Assembly: GCA_963749155.1 (NCBI GenBank)
Contig: CAVVLO010000001.1
Location: forward strand, 448,001-512,000
From: an uncultured Armatimonadia bacterium
Lineage (GTDB): Bacteria > Armatimonadota > Zipacnadia > CAVVLO01
Direction: 5' to 3'
Length of the DNA: 64,000 bases
Of this stretch, positions 1 to 10,695 are shown piece by piece. The translations under genes were made by a program, and so were the position numbers. The notes below the pieces were generated by a model. That model did no database searches, was not told the DNA's origin, and saw only the letters and a list, made by a program, of their open reading frames with translations. How positions within the stretch are numbered: position 1 is the first letter of the stretch; the number at the start of each line of letters is the position of its first letter.

Positions 1-46
1 TGGGCGCGCGGAGTCTGGGATAATATCTCCAGTGGAAGGTGAACCG

Positions 47-346
47 ATGAGCCTGCGCCTCGAGGTGAATAGAGACCAGATCGCGAGCTTCTGCAGACGG
101 CATCACATCTGCCGACTGGCCTTCTTCGGGTCAGTGCTGAGGGACGATTTCCGCCCCGACAGCGACGTGGATGTGCTGGTGGAGTTCGAACCAGGTTTCA
201 GGCTCGGTCTCTTCGACCTGATCCGGATGCAGCAGGAGTTCTCCCAGTTTCTCGGCCGGGAGGCCGACTTCCGCACCCCCGAGGATCTGGGCCGTTATAT
301 GCGCGCCCGCATCCTCGCCGAGGCCGAGGTGCAGTATGCTGCCTGA
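47..346 (+). CDS. MNT minimal nucleotidyltransferase antitoxin (MntA-like)
   Basis: [18 protein letters not shown] matches the GSX10DXD motif; ~99 aa; overlaps the downstream HEPN gene. Confidence 0.9.
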   Translation: MSLRLEVNRDQIASFCRRHHICRLAFFGSVLRDDFRPDSDVDVLVEFEPGFRLGLFDLIRMQQEFSQFLGREADFRTPEDLGRYMRARILAEAEVQYAA

Positions 347-677
347 ACTGGACAAGGAGCGGCTGCTGCACATCCGTGACGCTGCCACAAAAGTCGGCGA
401 GTTCGTCGCTGGGCTTACGGAGGATGACTTCCTTCAGTCAGAACTAGTCCAGCACGCTGTCATCAACTGCCTCTTTATTATCGGGGAAGCCGCCAGCCGC
501 ATCAGCGAACAGACGCGCGCCCTTTGCCCTGAGATCGAATGGGACGTGATCCGGGGCCTGCGCAACAGGCTGGCCCATGCCTACTTCGACATAAACCTCG
601 GGCTGGTCTGGTATTCTGCCACCAAGGACACCCCTCGCCTTCTGGCCGAAGTCGAGATAATACTCGCCAACTCCTAG
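336..677 (+). CDS. HEPN (DUF86/HepT-like) RNase toxin
   Basis: RNRLAHAY matches the RX4HXY motif; 113 aa; coupled to the MNT gene. Confidence 0.9.
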   Translation: MLPELDKERLLHIRDAATKVGEFVAGLTEDDFLQSELVQHAVINCLFIIGEAASRISEQTRALCPEIEWDVIRGLRNRLAHAYFDINLGLVWYSATKDTPRLLAEVEIILANS

Positions 678-681
678 AACC

Positions 682-1656
682 TTACGCCGCCGGCGCTAGC
701 GCCTCCTGGCCCTCAATCCAGCGCTCCAGTAGTCGCTTCACAGCGAGGTCTTCAGTCAGCCTGGCATCAATCGGAATCAACTCGCCCACAGCCGCAAGCA
801 ACCGCCAGCTGTCGGTCTTCTCGAAAGTCAAATCCAGCCGTCCCAGGCACACCCCGTGTTCTCCCGCCTGCACAATCGGCACCAGGCGGCCCTCCGGATT
901 GAATACATACACTGGCGCGGGCAGAAAAGTATGCGAATCTCCCCCGATGATCGCATCCAGCCCTGCCACCTGGGCGGCCAGCCTCAGGTCGGTCTCATAG
1001 CCAAGATGAGTGACCGCAATCAACACATCACATTCCCTTCGCGCAAGGGGCGCCCATTTCCGGGCCGCTTCGATGGGATCACTTATTGTCCAGCCCTGGG
1101 TCATCGGATAATTCGCCGAGCGCGGCGCCGTAAGGCCCAGAAAGCCGACCCGCACGCCTTCATAACGCCTCACGATGAAGGGGTGGATGCCTTCGAGAGG
1201 CACTCCAGTATCGCCCACGGTCAGGTTCGCCGCCAGCCAGGGGAAGCTGCTCTGCCTCATCAGCGCCAGCATCAGAGATTTCGCGTCTTCGGTCTGGGTC
1301 GCTTGAAACTCGTTGTTGCCCACGCACAGCAGGTCATAGCCGAGTTCGTTGTAAGCGGCGATCTCCATCGCCCCGAAGAAGCGCTGATGCCAGGGCCCCC
1401 GGGCGAAGATATCTCCCGCCTCCACCAGCGCCACCGGATGGTCGATTGTCCTGCGCAACTCGGCAACCAGCGTTGCCCTTCGCGCCAGGCCTCCCGCATC
1501 AGGCCCGGCAAACAGGCCATTCCCCTGCGAGTAATCGAAAGGCAGCACCATCCCGTGCAGGTCATTGGTGTGCAGGAGGGTTATCTGCCAGGTCTCACCA
1601 GCCCAGCAAACGCCAGTCAGAACGAGCAACAGAAGCCCAACGATGATTTTCTTCAT
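682..1656 (-). CDS. Secreted 5'-nucleotidase-family metallophosphoesterase (N-terminal domain only)
   Basis: Signal peptide; motifs HTNDLHG, EAGD, GNNEF, THLG, GGDSHT. Confidence 0.85.
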   Translation of the reverse strand: MKKIIVGLLLLVLTGVCWAGETWQITLLHTNDLHGMVLPFDYSQGNGLFAGPDAGGLARRATLVAELRRTIDHPVALVEAGDIFARGPWHQRFFGAMEIAAYNELGYDLLCVGNNEFQATQTEDAKSLMLALMRQSSFPWLAANLTVGDTGVPLEGIHPFIVRRYEGVRVGFLGLTAPRSANYPMTQGWTISDPIEAARKWAPLARRECDVLIAVTHLGYETDLRLAAQVAGLDAIIGGDSHTFLPAPVYVFNPEGRLVPIVQAGEHGVCLGRLDLTFEKTDSWRLLAAVGELIPIDARLTEDLAVKRLLERWIEGQEALAPAA

Positions 1657-1704
1657 TTTCGCCTCACAGGCCAGTCGGCCTCAGCTTGCAGCTAAAGGGA
1701 AGCC

Positions 1705-2607
1705 TTATTCGCTTGCTTGTTCTGCCTCGTACCACACGCCCAGGTTGTTGCCGTTGCAGCGTTCGGTGTATTTGAAGTTGAGCCCGCTTCCACTGCCCAC
1801 GGGATAGTTAAGCAACTCGGCGCGCAGATTGCCTTCGAGCCGGGTATTCCACCACACCATCGAGGTCGAGCCGCCTCCATCGAGGTTCAAGCCCGACCAG
1901 GCCCCGAACTTCGCCAGCCACTCGCCGACCTCGCCCAGTTTCGCGCCGAAGCTCCGAAGCTGGCGGCCATCCACCACCAGGAAGTACACATAGCGCGCAT
2001 CCTGGGACAGCCCAATCGCAGTCCGGGGATGCACGTCTTCGCCGCCTCCCACCGACTTGCCTTCCAGCAGCACAAAGCCGGAGCCAGTGACCGCCGTCTC
2101 GACCTGGCTGCAATCGAAGCCTGCCGGCGTCTCCGGCAAAGCCACTGTGCCATCTTTCATCACGAGGAAGGACGCCCCTCCGCTTGCCGGCGAGACCACC
2201 TCGCCGCCCTCCATCGCCAGGCCAATCAGGTTGCCGATGGTCTCCTCGTTCCAGGGCGCAGGCCAGGGGGAGAAGAAATTGGCGTTGATAGCCGCGACCA
2301 GCTTGCGGTCGCTCTCCTGGGAGGTCAGCAGGAAGTTGCGCGTGGTCTGCCGCTTCGTTTCGGAGACATCGGCGACCCAGTCGTCATAGCGCCCTGTAGC
2401 TCGAAAATGCAGCCCGGGCGTCTGCGTGTCGATGCGCAGACAGTTGAGTCTCATCGGGCGCGGGTCATCCACCACCAGCTTCAGATGCTGAAGGCCCGGA
2501 GAGAGTGTCCTGGACGCGCCCCAGTCCACCGCCTGCGCGCTGGCTAAGGAGGCCAGCAGCAGCAGGAGCAAGACCCAACCTGTCACCCTGACTCTACTAG
2601 ACTTCAT
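1705..2607 (-). CDS. Secreted phosphodiester glycosidase (NAGPA/DUF2233 family)
   Basis: AAINANFF, HPRTAIG, VVDGRQ and LNLDGGGST motifs; signal peptide. Confidence 0.88.
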   Translation of the reverse strand: MKSSRVRVTGWVLLLLLLASLASAQAVDWGASRTLSPGLQHLKLVVDDPRPMRLNCLRIDTQTPGLHFRATGRYDDWVADVSETKRQTTRNFLLTSQESDRKLVAAINANFFSPWPAPWNEETIGNLIGLAMEGGEVVSPASGGASFLVMKDGTVALPETPAGFDCSQVETAVTGSGFVLLEGKSVGGGEDVHPRTAIGLSQDARYVYFLVVDGRQLRSFGAKLGEVGEWLAKFGAWSGLNLDGGGSTSMVWWNTRLEGNLRAELLNYPVGSGSGLNFKYTERCNGNNLGVWYEAEQASE

Positions 2608-2639
2608 TCTCTGCACTCTCCCTTGCCCGAAAGGGCTAT

Positions 2640-4871
2640 CTACCGACCTAGACTGAACCAGCGTGTGTCGCCCGCTCCGAAATGGGCGTATATTTGACTG
2701 CCTTCCCAGCGTTCGATCTGCCCGCCCAGCGCGGTTGCCGTTACGCCCTTTGGCAGTTTGATCGCCTTGAGCCCGGCCTTGGCTGAATGGATCATCAGAA
2801 AGGAGCCATCTGTCACGACCACGGAGCCATCGTCAGTCCAGCTATGCGCGCCCGCCTCGACAAATAGACGCCTCAGCACCGGTGCGGTCAGGCCAACGCC
2901 GCCCAGATAGACGCTGCGTATCCGCCCTACTTGCTTCTGGGCCGAGGCCACGGCGCCATCGCTCTTGTACACGCTGAGCGGCTCTGCCGCCGGGTCGCGG
3001 ACGGTGAAGCGGGGAGAAAAATTCATCGGCTGACCGCTCCAGGCACAACTGGCGCCCAGTGTCTCGCCCGCCAACGGGCCGATGCCCTCGCTGACCTGCG
3101 TCCCGTCGTCAGTTGCAATTTCCAGGCCAGTAAGCGCCTTCATTCTGGTGGCATCCGGCCCCTGGGGGCCGAGGTAGCCTGCCGCGTAGTTCCAGATAGC
3201 CGTGGCGCCTTCCCGCTCCAGCCTGGCCCTGATTCCGGCGATCTGCTCCTCGCTCAGCTCAAAGGCATTCGCGAAGAGATACACTTTGCAGCGCGGTACG
3301 ACGCCGCTGATGAAGTCCTCCAGCAGATAGTAGCCAACCGACACGCCGGAGAGATCGCACTCGTTACGCAACTGGCCAAGTGACCAGGTGTTCATGTCCC
3401 AGTCGCTGCGGATACCGAACCGGGAGCGCTCAGCCAGGAGGAAGGCCACCTCGGGCCGATACGGCCTCGGGTGGGCGTAAAGGTCCTCATACAGCTTCAT
3501 CCGCTCCTTCAGCATCCGCCACAGGTTGGGCTCGTTGAAGGCCCCGGCGCCCATCAGATCGCACCACCAGATACCCGCGCGATGCGCAAAGGCCGCAGCC
3601 AGATTACGCTCCAGCATCGTCCGCGTAGCCTGGGGAGTGGCCAGCGTATCATAAGGCTGAGGGACATTCGTAGGGGGGAACCACGCAGGCACGGCTTCCT
3701 TGTCGATATAGGCCGTCCGCATATCGTCCTCGCTGAGCCACAGCTTGCCGCGCGCGTTGACGGAATCGACTGGTGCCATGAAGCCCGCTGGCTCGCCCAC
3801 CTGCCGCGCGGCGTAGGAGACAGGGCTCATCAGCACGTCTATCTCCGGGCACGAGAGCACCTTGTCCAGCGCATAGTGTCCGCTGAAGCTGCCGCCTATC
3901 TCCAGCATATAGCCCTGACAGAACATACTCAGCCGGCGACCGCCTGAGGCCTGTTTCACCGTCCGGGCCCAGTCCATCACCCGGCTGGCCACCAGGTCGC
4001 TGTAATAATCGGAATAGTCCACCCAGGCCTGTTCGGCCGGCCGGTCGTAGAAGACCTTGATCGGGCTGCCGTCACTGACGCTGACCATCGGGAACCGGCC
4101 CTTCTCTGGCCTCGGTATAGTGGCCCCGGCCAGGCTCACCGTCTCATCGCCCCAGGCCTCGCGCAGCGCCTTGCTGGTCTTGTACTTCTCCCGCAGCCAC
4201 TTGCGGAACAACCGCTGGCTGGCTTCGCAGTAGTCAGGCCCTTTGTCCGTGTAGTGCGGAGGGAACATCTCGAACTCCGGCCCGCCCAGGTGATAACCGA
4301 GCATCCGTCCGGCATAGGGGCTGGTTTCGAAGTGGCTGACGATACGCGTTGTCTCTTCCTCAAAGGAGCGGGCGAAGTAGTCCGAGGCGATGGAGATATA
4401 CGGCGCGGCAGTCGTGCCGTCATCGAAAATCATAAACTCGTCCTTCGGCACCTCCTTCCAGTCGGCCCATTGAGGGGTAGGCCAGGGGACAGCGCGCAGG
4501 AAGAAAACCGCCTCTGGGTCAACTTCGATGAAGGTGTCGAGTATCTGCTCCGCCCCGCCAAAGTCGATGCTGATCCCATCAGCCGCGCGAGGGAAGTAAA
4601 TCAACAAGCCGTAGATGTGGATGCCCGCCGCCGCTGCCAGCCTGACCTGCGGATTCTGGAATCGTTCCAGGTAGTCACTCGCCTGGCCCACATTAAACCA
4701 GAAGATGACCGGCGGCACTGGCTTGCCGTTGATAATCAGTTGGGCGACCCCGCTACGACTCTCGATGCGTGCCTGGGTGATAGGCTGAAAACCTTCTTCT
4801 GTGGCGCTGCCTACCTGCCTCAGGGCAAGTATCAGTAGCAGCGTTATCCCGAGCCAGGCACCGCGTTCCAT
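2640..4871 (-). CDS. Secreted glycoside hydrolase, beta-galactosidase (GH42-like TIM barrel) type
   Basis: Signal peptide; FRKWLREKYKTSKALREAWG segment typical of GH42-like enzymes; C-terminal trimerisation-like region; start approximate. Confidence 0.65.
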   Translation of the reverse strand: MERGAWLGITLLLILALRQVGSATEEGFQPITQARIESRSGVAQLIINGKPVPPVIFWFNVGQASDYLERFQNPQVRLAAAAGIHIYGLLIYFPRAADGISIDFGGAEQILDTFIEVDPEAVFFLRAVPWPTPQWADWKEVPKDEFMIFDDGTTAAPYISIASDYFARSFEEETTRIVSHFETSPYAGRMLGYHLGGPEFEMFPPHYTDKGPDYCEASQRLFRKWLREKYKTSKALREAWGDETVSLAGATIPRPEKGRFPMVSVSDGSPIKVFYDRPAEQAWVDYSDYYSDLVASRVMDWARTVKQASGGRRLSMFCQGYMLEIGGSFSGHYALDKVLSCPEIDVLMSPVSYAARQVGEPAGFMAPVDSVNARGKLWLSEDDMRTAYIDKEAVPAWFPPTNVPQPYDTLATPQATRTMLERNLAAAFAHRAGIWWCDLMGAGAFNEPNLWRMLKERMKLYEDLYAHPRPYRPEVAFLLAERSRFGIRSDWDMNTWSLGQLRNECDLSGVSVGYYLLEDFISGVVPRCKVYLFANAFELSEEQIAGIRARLEREGATAIWNYAAGYLGPQGPDATRMKALTGLEIATDDGTQVSEGIGPLAGETLGASCAWSGQPMNFSPRFTVRDPAAEPLSVYKSDGAVASAQKQVGRIRSVYLGGVGLTAPVLRRLFVEAGAHSWTDDGSVVVTDGSFLMIHSAKAGLKAIKLPKGVTATALGGQIERWEGSQIYAHFGAGDTRWFSLGR

Positions 4872-4888
4872 ACTGCCTCCCATCCTAC

Positions 4889-6313
4889 TCAAAACTTCCC
4901 AACCAGCTCTGGCAGCTCTGAGGGGCCAAAGTTGGCATGCGCCTTCGCGCTCACGGTGAGCCCCTTCGCCGAGCACTTGCAGGTGATCGTCCACTTGGCG
5001 GGCATCTCAACCTGCCGCATCGTTATCTGAAAAGTGTCAGGCGCCGTCCAGATACCGCTCGAGACGACTTTCTCTGGCCTGAAACAGAGCAGCGCAGTCC
5101 TGCCCGGACGCCACTCCTCGAAGCCGCACTCGACGCTCTGCTTGCGTCTGCCAGCCGCGAGCGTCAGCTTGGCGCCGCCCTCATCGAAGTCCAGTCGCGC
5201 CGAGGTTAGCTTCCAGTCATTGGGCTCGAAGGTAGCCGTCCGCCCCGAGACCTTCGCCGCCATCGCAGAGGTCTTCTTTCCCGCAGGGGGATCATAGCGC
5301 AGATTCGCGAGCCGCTCAGTCAGCGCCCTGGACGCCGTGTCCTCAGGCAACGCCTTCGAAGCGAAGCCGGGCAGCAGATAGTCCCAGACCTTGTTCAGCA
5401 CCGCCTGCATATCGGCGACGCCCGAGGTTATGGCCACCACGGCGTGCTGCTCCGGCATCACGATACAGTACTGCCCGCAAGCGCCATCGCCCCGGTAGCA
5501 GTTATGCCTGCAGCGCCAGAACTGATATCCATAGCCCTGATTCCAGTCGTTACTCGGATCAGGCCCGTTGTCCACCTGTTTGCTGCTTGCGGCCTTCACC
5601 CACTTCTCGGACACCAGCCGCTGCCCGCCGAAGACGCCCTTATCGAGGTAAAGCTGCCCGAACCGCGCGATAGCCTCGGTCTTCACCCGCAGCCCCGAAC
5701 CGCCTACGTTGATGCCAAGCGGGCAAGTGTCCCACCTGGTCTTCGTGATGCCCAGCGGCTCGAAAAGTCGCGGTTTCAGATAATCAGTCAGCTTCTCGCC
5801 GGTCAGCTTCTGCACGATGGCCGACAGCATATACGTGGCGGCTGTGTTGTAGACGAAGTGGGTGCCCGGCTCGTGTTCTACGGGCAGCGAGAGGAAGCTC
5901 TGTACCCAGTTGTGCTGGCTGAAGACAGTCCAGGTTGGGTCGGTATCGTGCCCGGTGGCCATCGAGAGGAGGTGTTTCACGCGCATCCGCTGGAGGTTGG
6001 CGTCAGGCCTGGCCGGCGCCTCGTCGGGGAAGAAGCCCAGCACCTTGTCCTCGACCGACAGCCGCCCCTCGTCCACGGCGATGCCGACCGCCGTCGAAGT
6101 GAAGCTCTTGCTCAGCGAGTAGAGCATATGGACGCGTCTTGGCCCATATGGCGCCCACCAGCCCTCGGCGATGACGACGCCGTTACGCAGCACCATCAGG
6201 CTGTGGAATTCGGGCGCCTCGCGCTCGACTTCGTCCAGGAAGGTGAGGATTGCCTTGGAGGAGACGCCCTGCGCCTCCGGGGTACTCCGGGGAAGCTTCA
6301 CTTGGCCAGCCAT
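4889..6313 (-). CDS. Serine hydrolase, beta-lactamase class C-like family
   Basis: SLSK (SxxK), YNT, YGYQFW; GGAGA RBS before the ATG at 6313. Confidence 0.88.
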   Translation of the reverse strand: MAGQVKLPRSTPEAQGVSSKAILTFLDEVEREAPEFHSLMVLRNGVVIAEGWWAPYGPRRVHMLYSLSKSFTSTAVGIAVDEGRLSVEDKVLGFFPDEAPARPDANLQRMRVKHLLSMATGHDTDPTWTVFSQHNWVQSFLSLPVEHEPGTHFVYNTAATYMLSAIVQKLTGEKLTDYLKPRLFEPLGITKTRWDTCPLGINVGGSGLRVKTEAIARFGQLYLDKGVFGGQRLVSEKWVKAASSKQVDNGPDPSNDWNQGYGYQFWRCRHNCYRGDGACGQYCIVMPEQHAVVAITSGVADMQAVLNKVWDYLLPGFASKALPEDTASRALTERLANLRYDPPAGKKTSAMAAKVSGRTATFEPNDWKLTSARLDFDEGGAKLTLAAGRRKQSVECGFEEWRPGRTALLCFRPEKVVSSGIWTAPDTFQITMRQVEMPAKWTITCKCSAKGLTVSAKAHANFGPSELPELVGKF

Positions 6314-6403
6314 GATGGATTCTCCAGCACTGCGGGATACATGACGAATAAAGTATAGCAGGAAGGAGAGGGCGCAGGCGCCAGGGCGACCTCCTTTGTG
6401 TCC

Positions 6404-6503
6404 GCCTGGTTTCGGCACTGAAGTGGCCGAAACACCAGGCCTTGGTTCAGCTCTCAGGCTCTCTAGCGTTGGTGTTTCGGGGCTTCAGCCCCGAAACCAA
6501 CGC
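6404..6503. repeat. Pair of inversely oriented REP-like palindromes (TGGTGTTTCGG-stem-TTCA-stem-CCGAAACCA)
   Basis: 6404-6440 and 6466-6503 are hairpins with a shared GTTTCGG/CCGAAAC stem and TTCA/TGAA loop. Confidence 0.75.
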
Positions 6504-6532
6504 CTTGCTTCCCACGCCGCTGCCTCCGGACA

Positions 6533-7703
6533 CTACCGTTCCGGCGGTTCCATACCCTGGTTCATAACTTCGATGTATTCGCCATAACTGAAGATGCGGT
6601 TGCGCTTCTGGGCGGTTAGCTCGCGCACAAGACCGAGATGCGCAAGATGGCCGAGAGCCTTGTTCACGGTCGCTGGCGTGAGGCCCGTCCTGTTCACCAG
6701 AGACCCAGAAGTCGCAAGTGGCTGCTCCATCAACGCGCGGTGCACCTGCAGGGCGGAGTCCGCCGCTCGGCCCAGTCCTGCAAGTCTTACCCTGTCACGT
6801 CGAGCCACCTCTGCCAGCGCCTCGGCGGTCTCGACCGCTTGCAGAGCTGTAACAGCCACAGCCTCGGCGAAGAAGTCAATCCACGCCTCCCAGTCGCCCG
6901 TGAGGCGCACGCGGTTCAACAACTCGTAGTAATTCTCCCGGTGAGTCTTGAAATAGAGACTGAGGTAGAGCAGCGGCGCTCGCAGTACCCCCTGTTCGCA
7001 CAGCAGCAGCGTGATCAGCAGGCGCCCAAGTCGCCCGTTGCCATCCAGGAAGGGATGGATTGTCTCGAACTGCACGTGGGCCAGCGCCGCCTTCAACAAG
7101 GGCGGGGTTGGCTCTGGCTCATCGTGGAGGAACAGCTCCAGTTCGCCCAGGCACCTTACGACCTCGTGGGGCGGGGGAGGCACGAACACTGCGTTGCCTG
7201 GCCGGGTGCCGCCAACCCAGTTCTGACTCTGCCCGGAACTCGCCTGGCGCCTGCTTGCCGCCTCTACCCCCGGCCACCAGCAGAGCGTGCAATTCGCGAA
7301 TCAGCCGTAGCGATAGCGGCATCCCCTCCGCCAGCCTTCGCAGTCCATGCTCCAACGCTGCCACATAGTTGCTTACCTCGCGCGCATCGTCCAACGGCAC
7401 CCCAGGCTCCTGCTCCAGCTCAAACAGCAGCAGAGCTGCAAGCGATGACTGTGTGCCCTCTATCATTGAAGAGAGCACCGCTTCCTTACGCACATACATA
7501 TAGAGGAACAACGCCGTGTCCGGCAGCAGACCTGCAACTGCATCCAGCCGCCCAAGTTCCAGCAACGCCGCATCGAACTTGCTCCGCAACTCGGGGCTCC
7601 ACTCGAGCGGTGGCTTCGGTGGCAAGGGCGCCGGCACGAAGGCCTGCGCCTTCTCTCCGACTGTGCTTATCGTCACGTTGTTGCCCTGCAGCCCGCGTTC
7701 CAT
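6533..7703 (-). CDS. Fic family AMPylase (class II, N-terminal inhibitory motif, C-terminal HTH); frameshift near 7232
   Basis: SSMIEGT inhibitory motif; HPFLDGNGRLGR; removing one base at the CCC run 7232-7234 restores GEFRQSQNWVGGTRPGNAVFVPPP. Confidence 0.88.
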
Positions 7704-7889
7704 ATGCCTCGCCATCCTATAATACTTCCGCTTCTTATTATAGTATAACTCACTTATCCTATAATAACGCCCACTCCGACCCCCCGCCACTGCAAGCTGC
7801 CTGACCAATAAGGTATAACTGGTGATGTAGTAATATGGGGGATAACCTGGACTTGCCACCCGCTCTGAGGTCTGGCGAAGGAGAACCAA

Positions 7890-9505
7890 ATGAAATCCTT
7901 TTTGTTCCTGGCAGGCATCGCCATGCTGCCTAGGCACTTCTTGGGATCGTGAAGGCCAAACCGCACCGGTGGCCCTCCACCGCGGGCTCTATGAGCTCAG
8001 CTTCGTGTCGCAGGTTCCTGTCGCCGACCCTTATCTGGGTCTGGAGCTGAAGGTCACTTTCACCCGGCCTGATTCCACTTCAGTCACTGTCGAGGGTTTC
8101 TACGATGGCTCGTTAGAGGGCAAATCAGTTTTCAAGGCGCGCGCCTACTCCGATGCGGTGGGCAAGTGGACCTGGCGCGCCACCTCCAATCTGGCGGACC
8201 TTGATGGGCAGAAGGGCGCCTTCAAAGTGACGCCCTCAGAGCTGCCTGGCAAGCTGCGCAAGCATCCTGGGGATCCCCATCAGTTCGCCTATGATAGCGG
8301 TCAGTGGTTCCTCCATATCGGCGATACCGGTTATCGGTACCTCACCGACACCGAACCCGAGTGGCAAGCCTATATTGATCAGGCCGTCCAGATGGGCGCG
8401 ACGAAGCTACGCGTCTGGTTCAGCAAGTCGCGCAGCGGGGTAGAGGCCCTTCTGGAGCCAGATCGCTCTGCGCTCAATCTCGAATACTGGCAGGAGATGG
8501 ACCGCAGGCTGCAATATGCGCTCAACCACTACCCCCAGGTGATTCTGCAACTCATCCCTTACGGCGAAGACCTCGACGAACTGCGCCGTTACGGCGAGGG
8601 GGATCGGATGGCGCAAGTTCATCGCCGCTTATTCTCAGGCCCGCTTCAGCGCCTACCCCAATGTGCTCTGGTGTGTCTCGAATGACCGCACTCTGGTCGC
8701 TGACGAGGCCGAGGCCACAGGCAACAAGGTGCATGCCTCTCTCATCGACCAGATCGCTCGGGATATGGCAGCGCGCGAGCCCTGGGGCACGCTCCTCACC
8801 AACCATCAGGCGCGCAACACTGGCTATGCCTTCGCGACGGCGCCCTGGTCCGACCTCATCACCCTCGAAGCCCTTGACCAGGTGACTGGCAACCTGTTGC
8901 TGGAATACCGTGAGAAGTCGGATGACCCGGTTATCAATGATGAAGACCGATACGAACTTTATCGCCCGCCGGCCCACCCGCGCTACTTCTTCCGCCGGCT
9001 GATGTGGGCAAGCCTCTTGTCGGGCGGCGCGGCGACTTATGGGGGCGCCAGGACCTACGAGCCTTATGATGGTCAGACGCGCGGGGTGCGGGGTTATTAT
9101 GATCTGAAAAAGGAAGGGCTCCTCTCCGGAGGCGCGGACGACTTTGTCCACATCCATACCTTTTTCGAGAAAACCGGGCTCACTTTGGTCGGGATGGAGC
9201 CTGCTGACGCGCTGGTTGGCGGCGACCCAAACCAGGCCAAAGCCATCGCAAGCGATTCGGCCATCATCGTCTACCTGCCCAATCCGGATGCTCCCTCACC
9301 GGAGCAAGCCACCGCGGCCAGAACCCCTGCTACTTGCTCGCTTCAGCTGCCGGAAGGCAATTGGGCTCTCTCGTGGTTCAACCCGCGCACCGGCAAGGGG
9401 CTGGAGGAGCCTCCTGTCACCGTAACTGGCGGCATTACGCCCTGTCACTGCCAGGCGCCCTTCACGGGAGATGCGGTGCTGGTGGCCAGGCGTACCGGCC
9501 GCTAG
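7890..9505 (+). CDS. Secreted DUF5060/DUF4038 apiosidase-like glycoside hydrolase with C-terminal collagen-binding-like domain; frameshifts near 7930 and 8615
   Basis: AAGGAG RBS and signal peptide from 7890; GFYDG, WFLHIGDT, SWFNPRTG, PFTGDAVL motifs; fragments join with single-base fixes. Confidence 0.75.
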
Positions 9506-9517
9506 GCCTGACTCGCG

Positions 9518-10498
9518 CTAGGCTGGCGCCTGCAGGGGATAATCGCCGAACTCGGCAAGCGCTTCCACATAGGCGTTATAATGCTCCTCTGGCCAGGGCA
9601 TCCCCTGGTCGGGAGAGCAGAAGTACCCGCCCTCGCGCCCAAGCAGTCCCAGCAAGCGCTTCACCTCGGCGCGGATTTCCTCCGGCGGCCCGTCCACCAG
9701 CAGCCCCGAGGAGAGCCCTCCCTGCAGGGCCATCCGCCCCTGCGTCACTCGCCGCAGTTCTGGGAGGTCATTGGCCGTCGCCTGGACAGGATTCAGCACA
9801 TCAATGCCAAGCTGGATAAACGTCTCGAGGAAGGGCATCACATGCCCGCAGGAATGGAAGTTGATTAGCACCCCGTGCCGTTTGTAGAGGTCGAAGAGAC
9901 GCCGGTATTCGGGCACGAGAAACTCCTGGACAATAGCGGGGGAGAGCAGCGGGCCGATCTGCGTGCCCAGATCATCGCTGCACCCGACCATCTCAACGCC
10001 GACCGCCAGATAGTGCTGGGCCATCCCAAGCTGGAAATCCATAATCCTGTGCAGCAACTCGCGCATCGCCTCGGGCTCGGAATAGAACGCGCACATTGCG
10101 TTCTCCATCCCGCACAGCATATAAGTCCGCTCCCAGAGCGTGTCCCGGTGGCCGCCCCAGAGGAAGCAGGTCTCCTTGTCCCAGCCTTCGGCTTGCCTGT
10201 ATATCTGCCCCACCAGCCGCTCATCGCTCGCATCGGGCCAGGCATAAGTGGCCATCTCCGAGAGGTCGGCAAGCGGATTGCCTCGCGGAAAACCCATCAC
10301 CCCGGCGTGTTCCTTATGCCAGGTGGTGCCCCAGATATCCCTCCAGGTCGCCCCGACTGGCTGCTCATGCCCAAGCCCCTCGGCGTTCTCGTGGTTCATC
10401 CCGAAATAATTGACGCCCTGCGCAGGCCCAGGCCCGCCAGTGATTCGCTCAGGCTTGCCAAACTGGATAATCTCGAGGCTGTTCTGCTTCTCTGTCAT
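9518..10498 (-). CDS. Uroporphyrinogen decarboxylase (MtaA/CmuA-like) family protein
   Basis: DIWG, SDDLGTQ, FHSCG, LNPVQ, GGYFCSPD motifs. Confidence 0.85.
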   Translation of the reverse strand: MTEKQNSLEIIQFGKPERITGGPGPAQGVNYFGMNHENAEGLGHEQPVGATWRDIWGTTWHKEHAGVMGFPRGNPLADLSEMATYAWPDASDERLVGQIYRQAEGWDKETCFLWGGHRDTLWERTYMLCGMENAMCAFYSEPEAMRELLHRIMDFQLGMAQHYLAVGVEMVGCSDDLGTQIGPLLSPAIVQEFLVPEYRRLFDLYKRHGVLINFHSCGHVMPFLETFIQLGIDVLNPVQATANDLPELRRVTQGRMALQGGLSSGLLVDGPPEEIRAEVKRLLGLLGREGGYFCSPDQGMPWPEEHYNAYVEALAEFGDYPLQAPA

Positions 10499-10695
10499 CG
10501 GCGTTTTGCACCAGCTTCTTTGGTATTTCTGGCACTTGCCAGGCGCAAGCAGTATAACAGCAAAGATATTCTGCAGAAGCTGAATCTCCCGGTATTTCTC
10601 CCTTGACTACGCGAGGCGATGAGACTACCCTCTCGCGCGTTGCCGGGCAGTCGTTTCGACTGCTTCCGGCTAGTCGAAGCCAGGACGATTTTTCA

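Noticed and set aside
1416..1427. CCGCCTCCACCA identical to the tmRNA 3' end, as a possible att site
   Set aside because: Only ~12 bp, opposite orientation to ssrA, inside an intact CDS, and no integrase nearby
7724..7750. Possible dif site
   Set aside because: Only the ends resemble Firmicutes dif; the XerD arm TTATGTTAAA and the 11-6-11 spacing are not met
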